Positions 11,763 through 23,063 of a DNA stretch of 64,000 nt are shown one piece after another (the first letter of the stretch is position 1; the number at the start of each line of letters is the position of its first letter). The notes under the pieces are model-generated. The model was not told the DNA's origin. It saw nothing but the letters and a program-made list of their open reading frames with translations, and did not search any database. This DNA is from Acanthaster planci (taxonomy: Eukaryota), in assembly GCF_001949145.1 (NCBI RefSeq), contig NW_019091356.1, forward strand, positions 4,570,934 to 4,634,933. Direction: 5' to 3'. Position numbers and translations under genes: made by a program.

Positions 11763-14700
11763 ATGGAGCTGTTCTCATGCACTACCCTCGTACTTGCTCT
11801 CCTGATCTTATTTGCTGCTTTGCTGTTTTCTGGGTTGCTTTTTGTGATGGTGTATTTGACATATCTCCACCGCAAGTTTGCCCACATCCCAGGCCCGAAA
11901 AGAGACAGGTACGCATAGGCATATACATTCAACAACTTACCTTTGAATCACACAAAACTGACACCCACACACTTTAAAACAGGTGCATATTTCCCAATCT
12001 TTGGGGAGATACCCTAAGAGATGTATATGCTCAATTTCATGCCTTTTGCAGAAAAAGAACAGCATAGAAAAACCATAATTGCGCTTCGAATTTCCGGTCT
12101 TGTTTAAACGCAGAAATTAATTTTTTTACAACAAAATTTTTAAATAGTTTCTTTACAGGAAACCTGACGAGTTTACGATTGCGTGTGCATAAAGGCAGTA
12201 ACTTACCTGAGTACTTGTATGACCTGTAAGTATAAAATGGTATTAATCCACCTGCAATGGCTTAAAATGTTCCGCAAATTCGATCGACGACCATTGAAAT
12301 CTATACAAACAACCATAACCCCAAAGGTGTTTGCAAAATCATATTGAAATGGGAGGATTTTGGACTGTGTTATAGGGTTAACTAGAGGTTGGTTCGTAAC
12401 GCACCTAGCGCATTTACAGTAAAGTTGACTTGAGAACGACCCTAATCAACCGTTGTCAGGTCATTAGGTTGAAGGGGAGAAATGGTGGCCGCAGGAAAGG
12501 CCAACCTACAAAAAGGAAACTGAAAATTGTCATTTACTAGTGACATACCGTTTCCCCGGCATTTGTTATTTAACTAGTCCTCTCTGCACCGTGCTAATAT
12601 TAAAAACAGTTGACACACTGTAAAAATTTTTCTGTACATTTTCAAAGTACTTTACCGACAGCACAGGCGCCAGGAGAATACTGTTAATGATTTACAGTAC
12701 TTATTATTACGGTAAATCGCTGTGATTTATTGGACAGTAACTAACTGTAAAAGCAACAGTAACTTATCTCATCTCAATTAATTACATTAATTTGATGTAG
12801 ACATTAGACACAGCAAGCTAGCGTTTCATTGATCATGGGTTCATTCTACATTTGTATTTAGGTGTAATTTTCAAATATAATTACGTATATGATACACATA
12901 CTTCGTACACATTCTTCAAAAGCCGTGATCACAGCAGAACTTTATTTACGTTCTGAGGGTGCACTGGAATAGTGTTTAATTATGTGCATTGTTAGGCTCC
13001 AAGTGCAATCATGGTTGGGGCATGAAAAAGAATGATTTTTCATTTTTCACGTTCCACTTATATTTCTCGTGTCAGTATGCAAATTGAGGTCAAACCTTAT
13101 ACCGTACAACATTAATTACTGTCAAATATACAGTATTAGACTGCATTCACAAACGCACAGTAAATACTGTAGAACACTGCTCATTGCACAGTATCATTTT
13201 ACAGTGTAGCAACCGATGACGCGACCAACCTCGATAGGCTGTTCCATGGCTGTTCCAACGCGGCCGTCGTCGACTAGCGTGCGTTTGATCAGAGAAAATA
13301 TGGTTAACTACATGCCCTTGACGGCACTTATATCCGTAGTCGTAGACTAATTTATAAAGTCGATAAATTCGGTAGTAGGGATCTCATGATTATAAAATGA
13401 AACCCGTTGAACTGAGTCAAATTGAAAAGAATGGAAGGTCTTTAAGTATTTTGAGGTGTGGTTATAATACAGGTGATTCACATTGGCCAATCATAACGCG
13501 CGAAATTTGTCAACCCTTTCCAAACGCGCATTGGGTCGACAAATTTCGCGCATTGTGATTGGCCACTGCGTTGCAAACTCTTGGTGGCGCACTACTGTGA
13601 ATCGGCCATATTGATATTCTACTTTTATTTAACAACTGCTACAGGATGAAAGAATACGGTGCAGTGTATCACATATTTTTGATTCATCGCCCTATTGTCT
13701 TGGCCCTGGATGCGCCATTTCACAAGGTTTGTAATATTTTGAAAGGAATAAACTTCTGCGTCTTATTATTCACACCCTTTCCAATTCTTACACTCTTGCA
13801 TACTGGCCGCTTTTGAAGCATTTATATAGATTCAATGATAGATTTTTGTCACCAAAATTTTAGGAAATCTTTACTACAGTGGCTCACATTAAACCCATCA
13901 GTGGCTACAGATACCTTTGCAGTGTCTTGGGAACAAGGTTTTTGGGGAACGGCCTCATCACAGAAACCGTTCCCACTAAGCACGCCAAGCGACGGACACT
14001 CTTCAATCCCGCTTTCCACAGGAAGTAAGTTTTTTAATTAAAAATTGAACCCCAAGATTACCTGGATTCGAGCCTGAGACTGCATCACAAGTCACGTGCA
14101 TGTAATTTGTAAAAAGGAACGAGCACAATATTGGGGGAAGTAAATATGAATGATGCAAACTTTCTGCACGCCATAGACCTGACAACACTAGGAACAATGC
14201 CCAAGCCAGTGGGTAACAATAACTTTACTCTAATAAGAACATCATTCAACTTGCTTGATTTTACTTACAGATACTTGATAAGCCTGATGGACCAGTTCAA
14301 CTTCAGCGCAGACGTGCTAGTGAACCGACTTGTCACACTAGCAGACGGGAAGACCGAAGTGGCGATGCTGGACGAGTTTAATCGACTCACCCTGGATGTC
14401 ATTGCCAAAGTGAAGGAAAAAAAAGAATGAAAATCTTTCCGAAAAGAATGGCCCTTTTTTACTGTCACACGTTTCACGAATTATTGCCAAATTCTTAGAG
14501 GGCCCAAAGCCATTAAAATGTTGAGGCACATGTAGACTCTGATGAAAGACAATGCAAATGGACATAGACCATTTTTATCAAGCGATGCAACTGCAGAAAC
14601 GTATTTTGATCAGTCATTTGACATGAACCTTTATGAGCTAGACACAATAAAATGTAGACAACGCGAAGAATAACAGCGTCTGAAAACCGTTAACTTTCCG

Positions 14701-17405
14701 CTAAAATCTGAGCCATAAACCAGTTAGGACATAAATAGCATTTGTACAAGGCTGCGTTTTCAAACTTTGAATTTAAACTGTATTTATTCACTTGTTTTCT
14801 GAAGTCCGTTGTACTTTCATTTCCAAGGTGGCATTTGGTCTTCAGCTGAATATTACCGAGGAAACAGAATCGCCCTTTGTCAGAGCAATGACTACTACGC
14901 TGCAAGGCATACAAATTTCATTCAGAGCTCCCTGGAAGGAAGTAAATCAAATTAGTCTTATCTTTATGATTAGCTTCATGATTAGCTTCTATGTGAGTTT
15001 TATTTTAACCAACCAATGGGAAAAATCAAAGTTGCTTATTAAAATCACTAAATCTAAAAGAGACGCGCAAATCCTCTTAAAATTTTTACACAAATGAAAG
15101 CACTATATTAAAAAAAAATTGACTTTTAACCGATTTAGCACAATATCAGACCCTTGTCTGATCGTCTATGAAGATTTCATCAACCAGTGAAAAAACCGTA
15201 ATGATTTCTCCCCTTTGGTGTTTGCGTGTGGGTATTCGCCCAACCACAGTTCAGCCCACTTCCGTCAGATCGCCAATACCGGCGACAGGTTGCTGAGGCT
15301 ATCACATTTCTTCGTGAGACGGGCAGAGAGTGTGTGAAGCGCCGGCTGGAGGCTAAGAGGAGAGGGGAAGACCTCCCTCAAGATATCCTGACTTACATCC
15401 TCCAAGCCTCGGACGACCTTGAAGGAGACGAGAACTTCAAGATGGAGGAGATGTTGGATGAATTTGTCTCGTTTTTCTTGGCAGGTTAGAAGTCGGGGTT
15501 AATTGAACGGGAATGGTACCAGGTTAGGGGCAGAAATACACAAAATGGGGAGGGCAGAAGTTGAACATTTTAATGAAGACGCTTCATATTTTAGATAAAA
15601 AACCAATCGTGTTGTTGGGCTTTCTCATATCCAGTCATTGTGTAGGATATTTCAGGCTTACATTCTACCTAGGCATTGTATTTTCGGTTTTCATCTTTGT
15701 CAGGACAAGAAACAACGGCCAACACCTTGGCCTTTGCCCTCGTTGAGCTTGGTCATCATCCGGATGTCATGCACAGGTAGTTTTACAGTAGTTTCCTGTA
15801 GGAGTTCAGCCTCGTTTGTATCTTTTTCGAAAGTGTTACACTTGGACGCAGCCAATTAATAGACCCCTTGCAGCTGGTACTCGGTACTTATTCCTTTAAC
15901 ATAAGAAGGAACCATTGAAAAATGGGAAGTGCAATCCCTCAATGGATTAATTTATTAAGGACAGTCTAATGGACTTTCTGACTTTCCAATCTAAAGCAGT
16001 CTAAAGTGGAGGTAGAATTTTCTTTGACACGTATGTTTTATTCCCTTTCGTTGCATGATTTAAGTGGAACAAAATAATGGAAATGTTTATCCCGATGTAT
16101 CTTCCAAACAACGGTAGTTTTGTCTTATCTCGACAGATTGAAAACCGAAACCCTGGCAGTGATGGGAGACAGTGACTACGCTGAATACTCTGACCTCGGC
16201 AAGCTAGACTACATGATGATGGTGAGTGAATTCTCACCTCTGAGATTTGTGCACAATGAACCAGAATTTTTGCTGGTTACCTGAGTAGCTTCTCTGTCTT
16301 TATTATAAACTGCAGGTGTTGAAGGAGACGCTGCGATTATGGTCTCCAGCTTTTTCCACAAGCCGTGAACTCGCGTACGACGTTGAAGTACGAGGTTACA
16401 AAATACCAGCTGGAGCCACGATCTGGGTGAGGCTGACATTTTAGTTATTACATAACTAACTTTCAGTCACATGGAAAATTATATTTTGGGCTTAGAACTA
16501 ACAAAAAGAGAACACAACAAACGTTTCTTAGGCTAGATTAGTTTTCCCGAAATTAATGGTCTATCGTGATAAGTGTTTCTAAAAAATGGAAGCATTTTTG
16601 CAGAATGCGACTTATGAGCTATTTGAGAACTTCTGAAGATCTTCCTGGTTGATGAAATAACTGAAATATTTTCAAGCTTATCAAATTCTGATGGTTTCCT
16701 GTCGCAGCTGAATTCCTACGTCATGGGAAGAAATGAAGAGTATTTTCAGAACGCACTTGAGTTCGATCCGGATCGATTCAAGAGCAACGAGGACCAGTGA
16801 GTAAACCTTTTTCTTCATGAAGTAAACGAAGACTGTTTCTACCTCATTTGCGTATTTATAAAACTCGCCCACAAAAGTATTCTCTTGGCTTTTGAAATTT
16901 TAACGGGCACTGTCTTTTTATTTAGAAAACAAACCAGTTTTAAGGATGGCAAAAATAAACTTGTCCATCTGCAGTTGACATAATAATTCAAATGAATAGC
17001 CCAAAGCAAAACAAAACACCAACAAACCACCCCCCCCCCAAAAAAAACGAGTGAGTTTATATCTTTGTCTTTGGCAGGACCCAGTATGCGTACTTTCCGT
17101 TTTCAAAGGGACACCGTTCTTGCATCGGCCAACCATTCGCTCTGGTGAGCTTATTATCATATAAATACCAGTTCTAATTATTTCTTCCTTAAAAATGTTT
17201 CTTGGACGGAAAATAAACAACTAAGGAGAAGAGTGCCAAGTTTTGCTTTCGATTGTTTCTGCAGATCGAGGCCCGAGTTATCCTGGCCAAATTACTGAAG
17301 AAGTTCAACTTCAAACTAGTTCCTGGTCAGGGATTCGAGATACTGCAAGAGTTAACACTAAAGCCGAAGGGCCGATGCAAGAATTACATCACGCTCGCCG
17401 AGTAA
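11763..17405 (+). CDS. CYP46A1: Cytochrome P450, cholesterol 24-hydroxylase (CYP46)-like, 13 exons, 506 aa
   Basis: Exons 11763-11908, 12148-12225, 13645-13726, 13864-14024, 14271-14409, 14828-14941, 15250-15484, 15704-15776, 16137-16221, 16316-16426, 16708-16796, 17078-17144, 17265-17405 (1521 nt, in frame). N-terminal TM plus IPGP hinge, I-helix FFLAGQETTA, ETLR, FDPDRF and heme motif FSKGHRSCIG. CYP46-like segments include ADGKTEV, DILTYIL and LVPGQ..LTLKP. Confidence 0.92.
12616..13206. mobile_element. Non-autonomous DNA transposon with CACTG termini (CMC/EnSpm-like) in CYP intron 2
   Basis: CACTGTAAAA at 12616 and TTTTACAGTG ending at 13206, with many subterminal TACTGT/ACAGTA motifs at both ends. 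Confidence 0.65.
13465..13611. mobile_element. Palindromic MITE, copy 2 (inverted, internally deleted)
   Basis: Its core TGTCAACCCTTTCCAAACGCGCAT is close to the reverse complement of the copy-1 core ATGCGCGTTTGGAAAGGGTCGACA, and it has the same TAATACAGG start. Confidence 0.75.
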
Positions 17406-18509
17406 GACCGAGAGCAGAGTCGAATAAAGCACTGAGTAAAAAAGAAATAAATAACGGCAATTTTGGAATTATAGCCATAGGGGACCGTCTGGTCTAAAAA
17501 GATCTGATTATGTTTATATTGCTTGCAAACTGTTTACTGTTTGTGTTTGTTTGTTTGTTTGTTTGCTTCTTCACTTTGGGCCAATCACAAATCTCAATGG
17601 AGGATTTACATACACGAGTAACCTCGTCATTTTCAGAAACACAGTGGGAATTACAGATTGAAACAATATTTTAATTCACACAGTTTTTTTGCAAAAGGCT
17701 GGTTAAGGTTTTAATTAATTGGGCATGTAGCAATGTACTGAATTACAAGTACTTCACAATATTTCACATGAACACTTCAGTTTATGGAATTTAAGAATAC
17801 AGTTTGACCAACTTTATTTTTCCTTGATCTGCTCGTATAGTATAAGCTTTTTATAAGTTTTTATAATTTTCACGTTTTAGTCGAAAACTACTGTAATCAT
17901 TTGAACTTACGATCTTGCGCTATGCAGTTGTATATCTTCGACATCTGTGTCAGCTAGATAATAAAAGCAGCTTATGACCCTGGATACTTTATTGATGCTG
18001 TGAATTCAAAGGGAGGGCTGTGTAAAAATCAATAAAACAGCGTTCTTTGTCAACACGCTTTTCCTGCGAGTAGTTGCTTAAGGGAGCCATTTTCGTATTT
18101 GAGTTCTGTACACAATACATGCACTGCATGCTAGAGCCGGGCGCACATCACATTTCTGTTTTCTAACGCAGAAGTGACATAGCAAACACAAATTCAAACA
18201 AATATTTGAACGTCTTATTGAAGATAATGGCAGCGGTTGAAAGACTTCGCAAGATGGATGCAGACTTTGAAGACATAATATTAAGGAGAACAGAAGGCTC
18301 ACACTGACACATCAAAGAACGACTCCGTTGCAATATAAAAGGGAGCATTCTCATTCTCAGTATAGCAAGATATGTTGCGACTTAATTAAGTGAGCATCTT
18401 AACTAAATCTTGTGATGAAGACGCTTTTATGAAGATGAGAAAAACCTTACAAGACACTTCGTGAGAATCTCAAGATGTCCTTTCAAGTCAACTGATAACA
18501 ACTTCCACC

Positions 18510-21500
18510 ATGCGTTCATGCACTAATCGTGAGCTTCGGCTGATGTTGTACTCGTTCTTCGCCGGTGCAATCGTGGCCAGCATTGCTTGGCAAATCATCT
18601 ACCATCGACCGCACGCTAAGTCCCGGACAAGATGCCGACCTTTTCAGAACATGCAGGAGAAAATCTGCCCGCAGTGTCCGAAGATTGAGTGTCCAAAAGC
18701 CCCGTCTGCAGATGAAGGAGCTATTGCCCAGGTGCCCAAGACCCTGAAGTCATTTCTCAGCAGACACTGGGAAGGCATGCAAAACGATGCGGTGGTGGTT
18801 GTCAAAACTCAAATGAAATCGTAAGTAGGATCGTTTCACTTCAGTTGAAAAGTCTAGGAATAATTATTTCAGTGATGGGAAATTTTCCAGCCAAGACCAT
18901 CAGTTTGTGAATGTACACAAAGCAACATCCAAAAGGCGTGGAAAGCCCGTTATTGGCCAGAGTCTACAACACTTTTCTTCATTTTTAACATCAACACGAA
19001 ACTGTTTAAGTTTCATGAAACGCAATTTCTCTTCACTTGGAAACTAAAGTACGTCGACGGCGCTCTTTCATCTTTTTATCTTTTTAGGAATTAGTTATGA
19101 CGATATCGTTTATTTTGGTCTAGTGTTCCGGGTTACATCGTCTCCCTGCATCCGAGCGAGAGAGATCCAGAGATTAGTCACAGTTTGATAGAGCGAGGTG
19201 ACTGGAAGGAACAACTAATTGTGCGCATGTGCCGTGAGATGAACAAGGCCCCCAAAGATGCCTACTTTGTTGATGTTGGTGCTTACGTTGGTGAGTCGAT
19301 ATACTAGACATTTCAGAAGGGGCACCCAGAGAGCCAATTCAACAAAATGCAATGTTTTCGACAGACTGAGGCCGTGTTTGAATTACTTGGCTGTGGCCTG
19401 AAATTACGCACGAGTCTACAGCAGTGGCCACAGACAGTTCCCCATCAAGTCGTGATTCAAGCCATAGCCTAGTACTTTGGCCCAGACGCGGGCTTAGGCC
19501 AAGTACGAAACGGGCTCAGTTCTGGAGCTACGGCTTGGCCTGTTGTCTGCTCGTCTCCGCGTACTCCCAATCAAAGATACGCATACGATCTTTGCTTCCA
19601 ATGGAGTGAAAACCTAGATTTACCTCCTGAAAAACAAATTCGGATGCAGCCTGACTGGCGCTAACGACAGATAGAATATTTTCTGTTCTATTTCCTGTTT
19701 TTTCAAACCCCTCCTCACAGCTGTTAACCAATTAAACAGGCAGGGCTTCAGCCGAAAAAAACTTAACTAGAACTAAGAGAATGATTAAGTTAAAAGATAA
19801 ATGTACATTCTTGCTATCGAAGCATTTCTAAAACCTTGCTGAACAGTTTTTGTTGGCATTTAATAGGGAAGCTTGATGCAAATGATACTCGTCATCTGGC
19901 AACAGAGGCGACTGGTAAGCTATAGTGATAGGCCAGGCTTGTTTCGTTTTCATTTTTGACGGGGCTTTTGTGCCGTCATGAAAGGAAAAACAACAAATGT
20001 ACACAGTCCAAGAAATGGAGAATTACACTTACTCAGAATTGAAGGTCCTCAGATTTGACTCAACCGTACTACGCAGTGAAATGCCAGACGATCGTGGAAT
20101 TCACGAAGCTCAGTATCTTTTCCTCCTTCATGAGATTTTTTTTATAATTTATTCAAAAGCCTGTGAACGAGCGGCCAGGTTAAACAGCGAAAACGCCGGC
20201 GTGACAACAAACGTGCGTATCAGTGCCAGTCAGTAGACCTTCCAATTTCGAGTGCCAAACTGTTCACGTAACTCCAGTCAAAATTACACTCAAACACTCT
20301 TCAGAAGACAAGCCGTCATCTTCTAGTTGTCCTTGCGAGCACGGAAGCCTTAAATATTCCTAGGCTTCTCAAAATATTGACAACATACTTCCTGAAGCCG
20401 ACCTTTCAACGCTCAAGTTAAAAGTTGTGACAAGAAAATGGCGACGTCACTTCAGACGTGCACATTTTATACCGCACACACACGGCAACAGTGTGTTCTT
20501 ACGTGAAGTACACGCGTGCGCAAGAATGTAATCTGCATATCTTTTAAGAAACAGGTGCGTTAACAACAGAAAGTCCACCCAGATGTTTAAACTTACAGAA
20601 ATTGAGTGAAGTGAATTCACTGGAAAGGAGGATTTGAAAAACAACTGCATCATATAGATTTTCCCTCACTTTGGTATCCAGTCCAAAAACTAGACATTCG
20701 AATGTTGCTAAAGTAAAACACATGCAAACAATATTTGGAAGGCATGCTAAAAGTTTGTCTAAGGTTGAGTCTTTAAAACTTAAAATTCAACTTGAGTTTT
20801 GCATTCCCTTCCAACAATCCCGAAAAAGAAACAAACGCATACTGCCAGAACAAAAGTGTAGAGTTCAACCGTTACATTAAAAGAATTGATATCTTGCTAC
20901 CTTCACGATGAAAAATGTCAAAACTCATAGTGAAAAAAATGGTCAATATTTCGCTTTTTGTTTTAATTCGTACAGGGACTCTATCTCTCGGGGTCTCAGC
21001 TTGTGGTCATAAAGTCATAGCATTTGAGCCGATGACTCGGAATGCTTTCCTGCTCAAAGAGAGCGTTTTCCTAAATCAGCTGCCGTCTGAGAAATTCGTC
21101 ATCCACAACATGGCGCTGGGGAATGTGCAAGGCACGGCTTGCTTCCTGGCTAGCTCCAATAACCAAGGAGACGGAAGATTTGTCTCAGGTGAGATAAGTG
21201 AAGGCAGATGAAACAGTGACGAGGGAGAGATGGGACAACAGTTGAAATTCAGAGACCATAAAGTGTTACGCAAAGTCCAAAGGGGGGGGGGCAAACCCAT
21301 TCATGTTAGCGTTAAGATCCCCACAATTGAAACAATCATGACATTATGATGGTGACTAATGGTTTAAGAACCTTATGGTCAGCTGAAGACCTTGGGATGT
21401 TTTGTTCAATTTCCCCAATTTTTGAAGAATTATAAATGTTCTTAGAAACAATGTCATACATGTGCGATTTTCTTTAATGAATAGGTGGGGATGAAGGGCA

Positions 21501-21864
21501 TGAGTGTAACTCCCATGAAAACACTATCAAGATGTCTCGACTTGATGATGTGCTCCAAGATGGCATCCGCGTCTGGGCAATGCACATCGACGCGCAGGGT
21601 TTTGAACCGGCCGTCTTGGCAGGCGCAGAAGAGATTCTAACTAGCTCCAATCCTCCACAGTATCTGCACGTCAGATTGGGGAGCGTTTACAGCACGGAAG
21701 TGATGGAGGTGTCAAGGGGGGTCGTGGAGACCTTGGCTTGGTTAAAGGAGATTGGGTACGGCTTGAGGAATGCTGCTAACGAACCAATCAGAGACTTGCC
21801 TAAGTTTGTGTGGGGCCTAGGCCATGAAGAGAGTTATGTGTTCGGAGTGTTCGGCATGAAGTAA
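18510..21864 (+). CDS. Type II membrane-anchored FkbM-family (Methyltransf_21) SAM-dependent methyltransferase, 4 exons, 356 aa
   Basis: Exons 18510-18820, 19124-19290, 20976-21188, 21485-21864 (1071 nt). Short N-tail, TM (LMLYSFFAGAIVASIAWQIIY), Cys/Pro stem (CPQCPKIECP), motif I FVDVGAYVG, VIAFEP, NMALG, RLDD and MHIDAQGFE (the FkbM KIDVEGxE equivalent). Confidence 0.85.
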
Positions 21865-23063
21865 TGAACAGCATTCAACTGGTCCCTGGTTCGAATCCAT
21901 GTTATGAATTTAAATGCGAGTCTTAACACAGGTGTAGAGCAGCATCACGCCGTGTGATATGGGGCTCATTGCAAAAAGAGTAAACTGAAGTCTGCATGCC
22001 AGACCACCTGTTTTAACTGCATTAGTAATCTTTGGTAAGACAGTAATTATCCTACTATTTTCTATCCCATCGACGTAGACAATTACCTAACACTAGCAAC
22101 TTACGTTGAATTTGTCGTTTATTGACTCCGGAGCAAAATATTCAGTTAAAAAGTATCATAAGACGATATCAGTTTGCAAAAATCAAAAGCACAGCCAACT
22201 TCGAAACTTTCATTGGTGTAAACAAAATAAGAAAGTGGTCTTGTGGTTACAAGTGCCTGAACTGAGCTCTTAAAATGTGTTAAAAAATCAAATCAAAGAA
22301 ACTCGCTGTTGGCCTGAAGGTAGTTGCTTGCTTCAGACAGTAAACAAGTTTTAAAATACACATGAGCGGAGTACTGCCAAAGTTGCCAAACCTGGAAGGC
22401 CACTCAAAGGCCACGAAAAAATGAAAACCCGATTTGGACACGTACGTCTTCAACTGTCCTCATCTGAAATTTGAAATATGAATCTTTCAAAAGAAATGTG
22501 TCCGTGCCAATGAATAGAAAAAAATTCATATCTATGTTTAAAATCGAAGAAGTAAGTTAACTTCAAAGCCATTCGGCATTTGCATATTGTGTTGATGTTC
22601 CAATCCTTGGTAGTAGGATTAAAGCTTTCAATGCAACCCATAACGTGGTATCATTTGCTCCTTCCACTTTTTTTCACAATTTACAAGTCATTTTTTTAAA
22701 GAGTAAGAAATGCCACCTTTAAAAATGGTCTGAAGAATTGAAATTGTACATTGGTGAAGGAAATACAGGAAGTTGACTCTTCTTCGTCGCCGACTTTAAC
22801 TCTGGTTCCAGAATTATTTGGAGGTTTCTACCACATAAGAAGGCTTCGGACTTTGGCTTCTAATCACAACATGAAATTTCAAATGCCATGCAGAAAAACC
22901 GGCGCCACACTGAGAGGCATTCGTAGAATAATGACATTTTCTGAATCCTGGGTCTGTGAAAAGGTCCTCAATGTTCCACTCAAAATAATTCCACATTGGT
23001 TCCAGACCAACATGAATCAGTGATGGTCCTCATGAGATGTTCCTTCAAGGAGTAGAAGAGGTT

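Noticed and set aside
19370..19520. Harbinger-like termini in methyltransferase intron 2
   Set aside because: The inverted ends are too degenerate to call.
21880..21900. tRNA B-box GGTTCGAATCC
   Set aside because: No cloverleaf or A-box; at most a SINE remnant.
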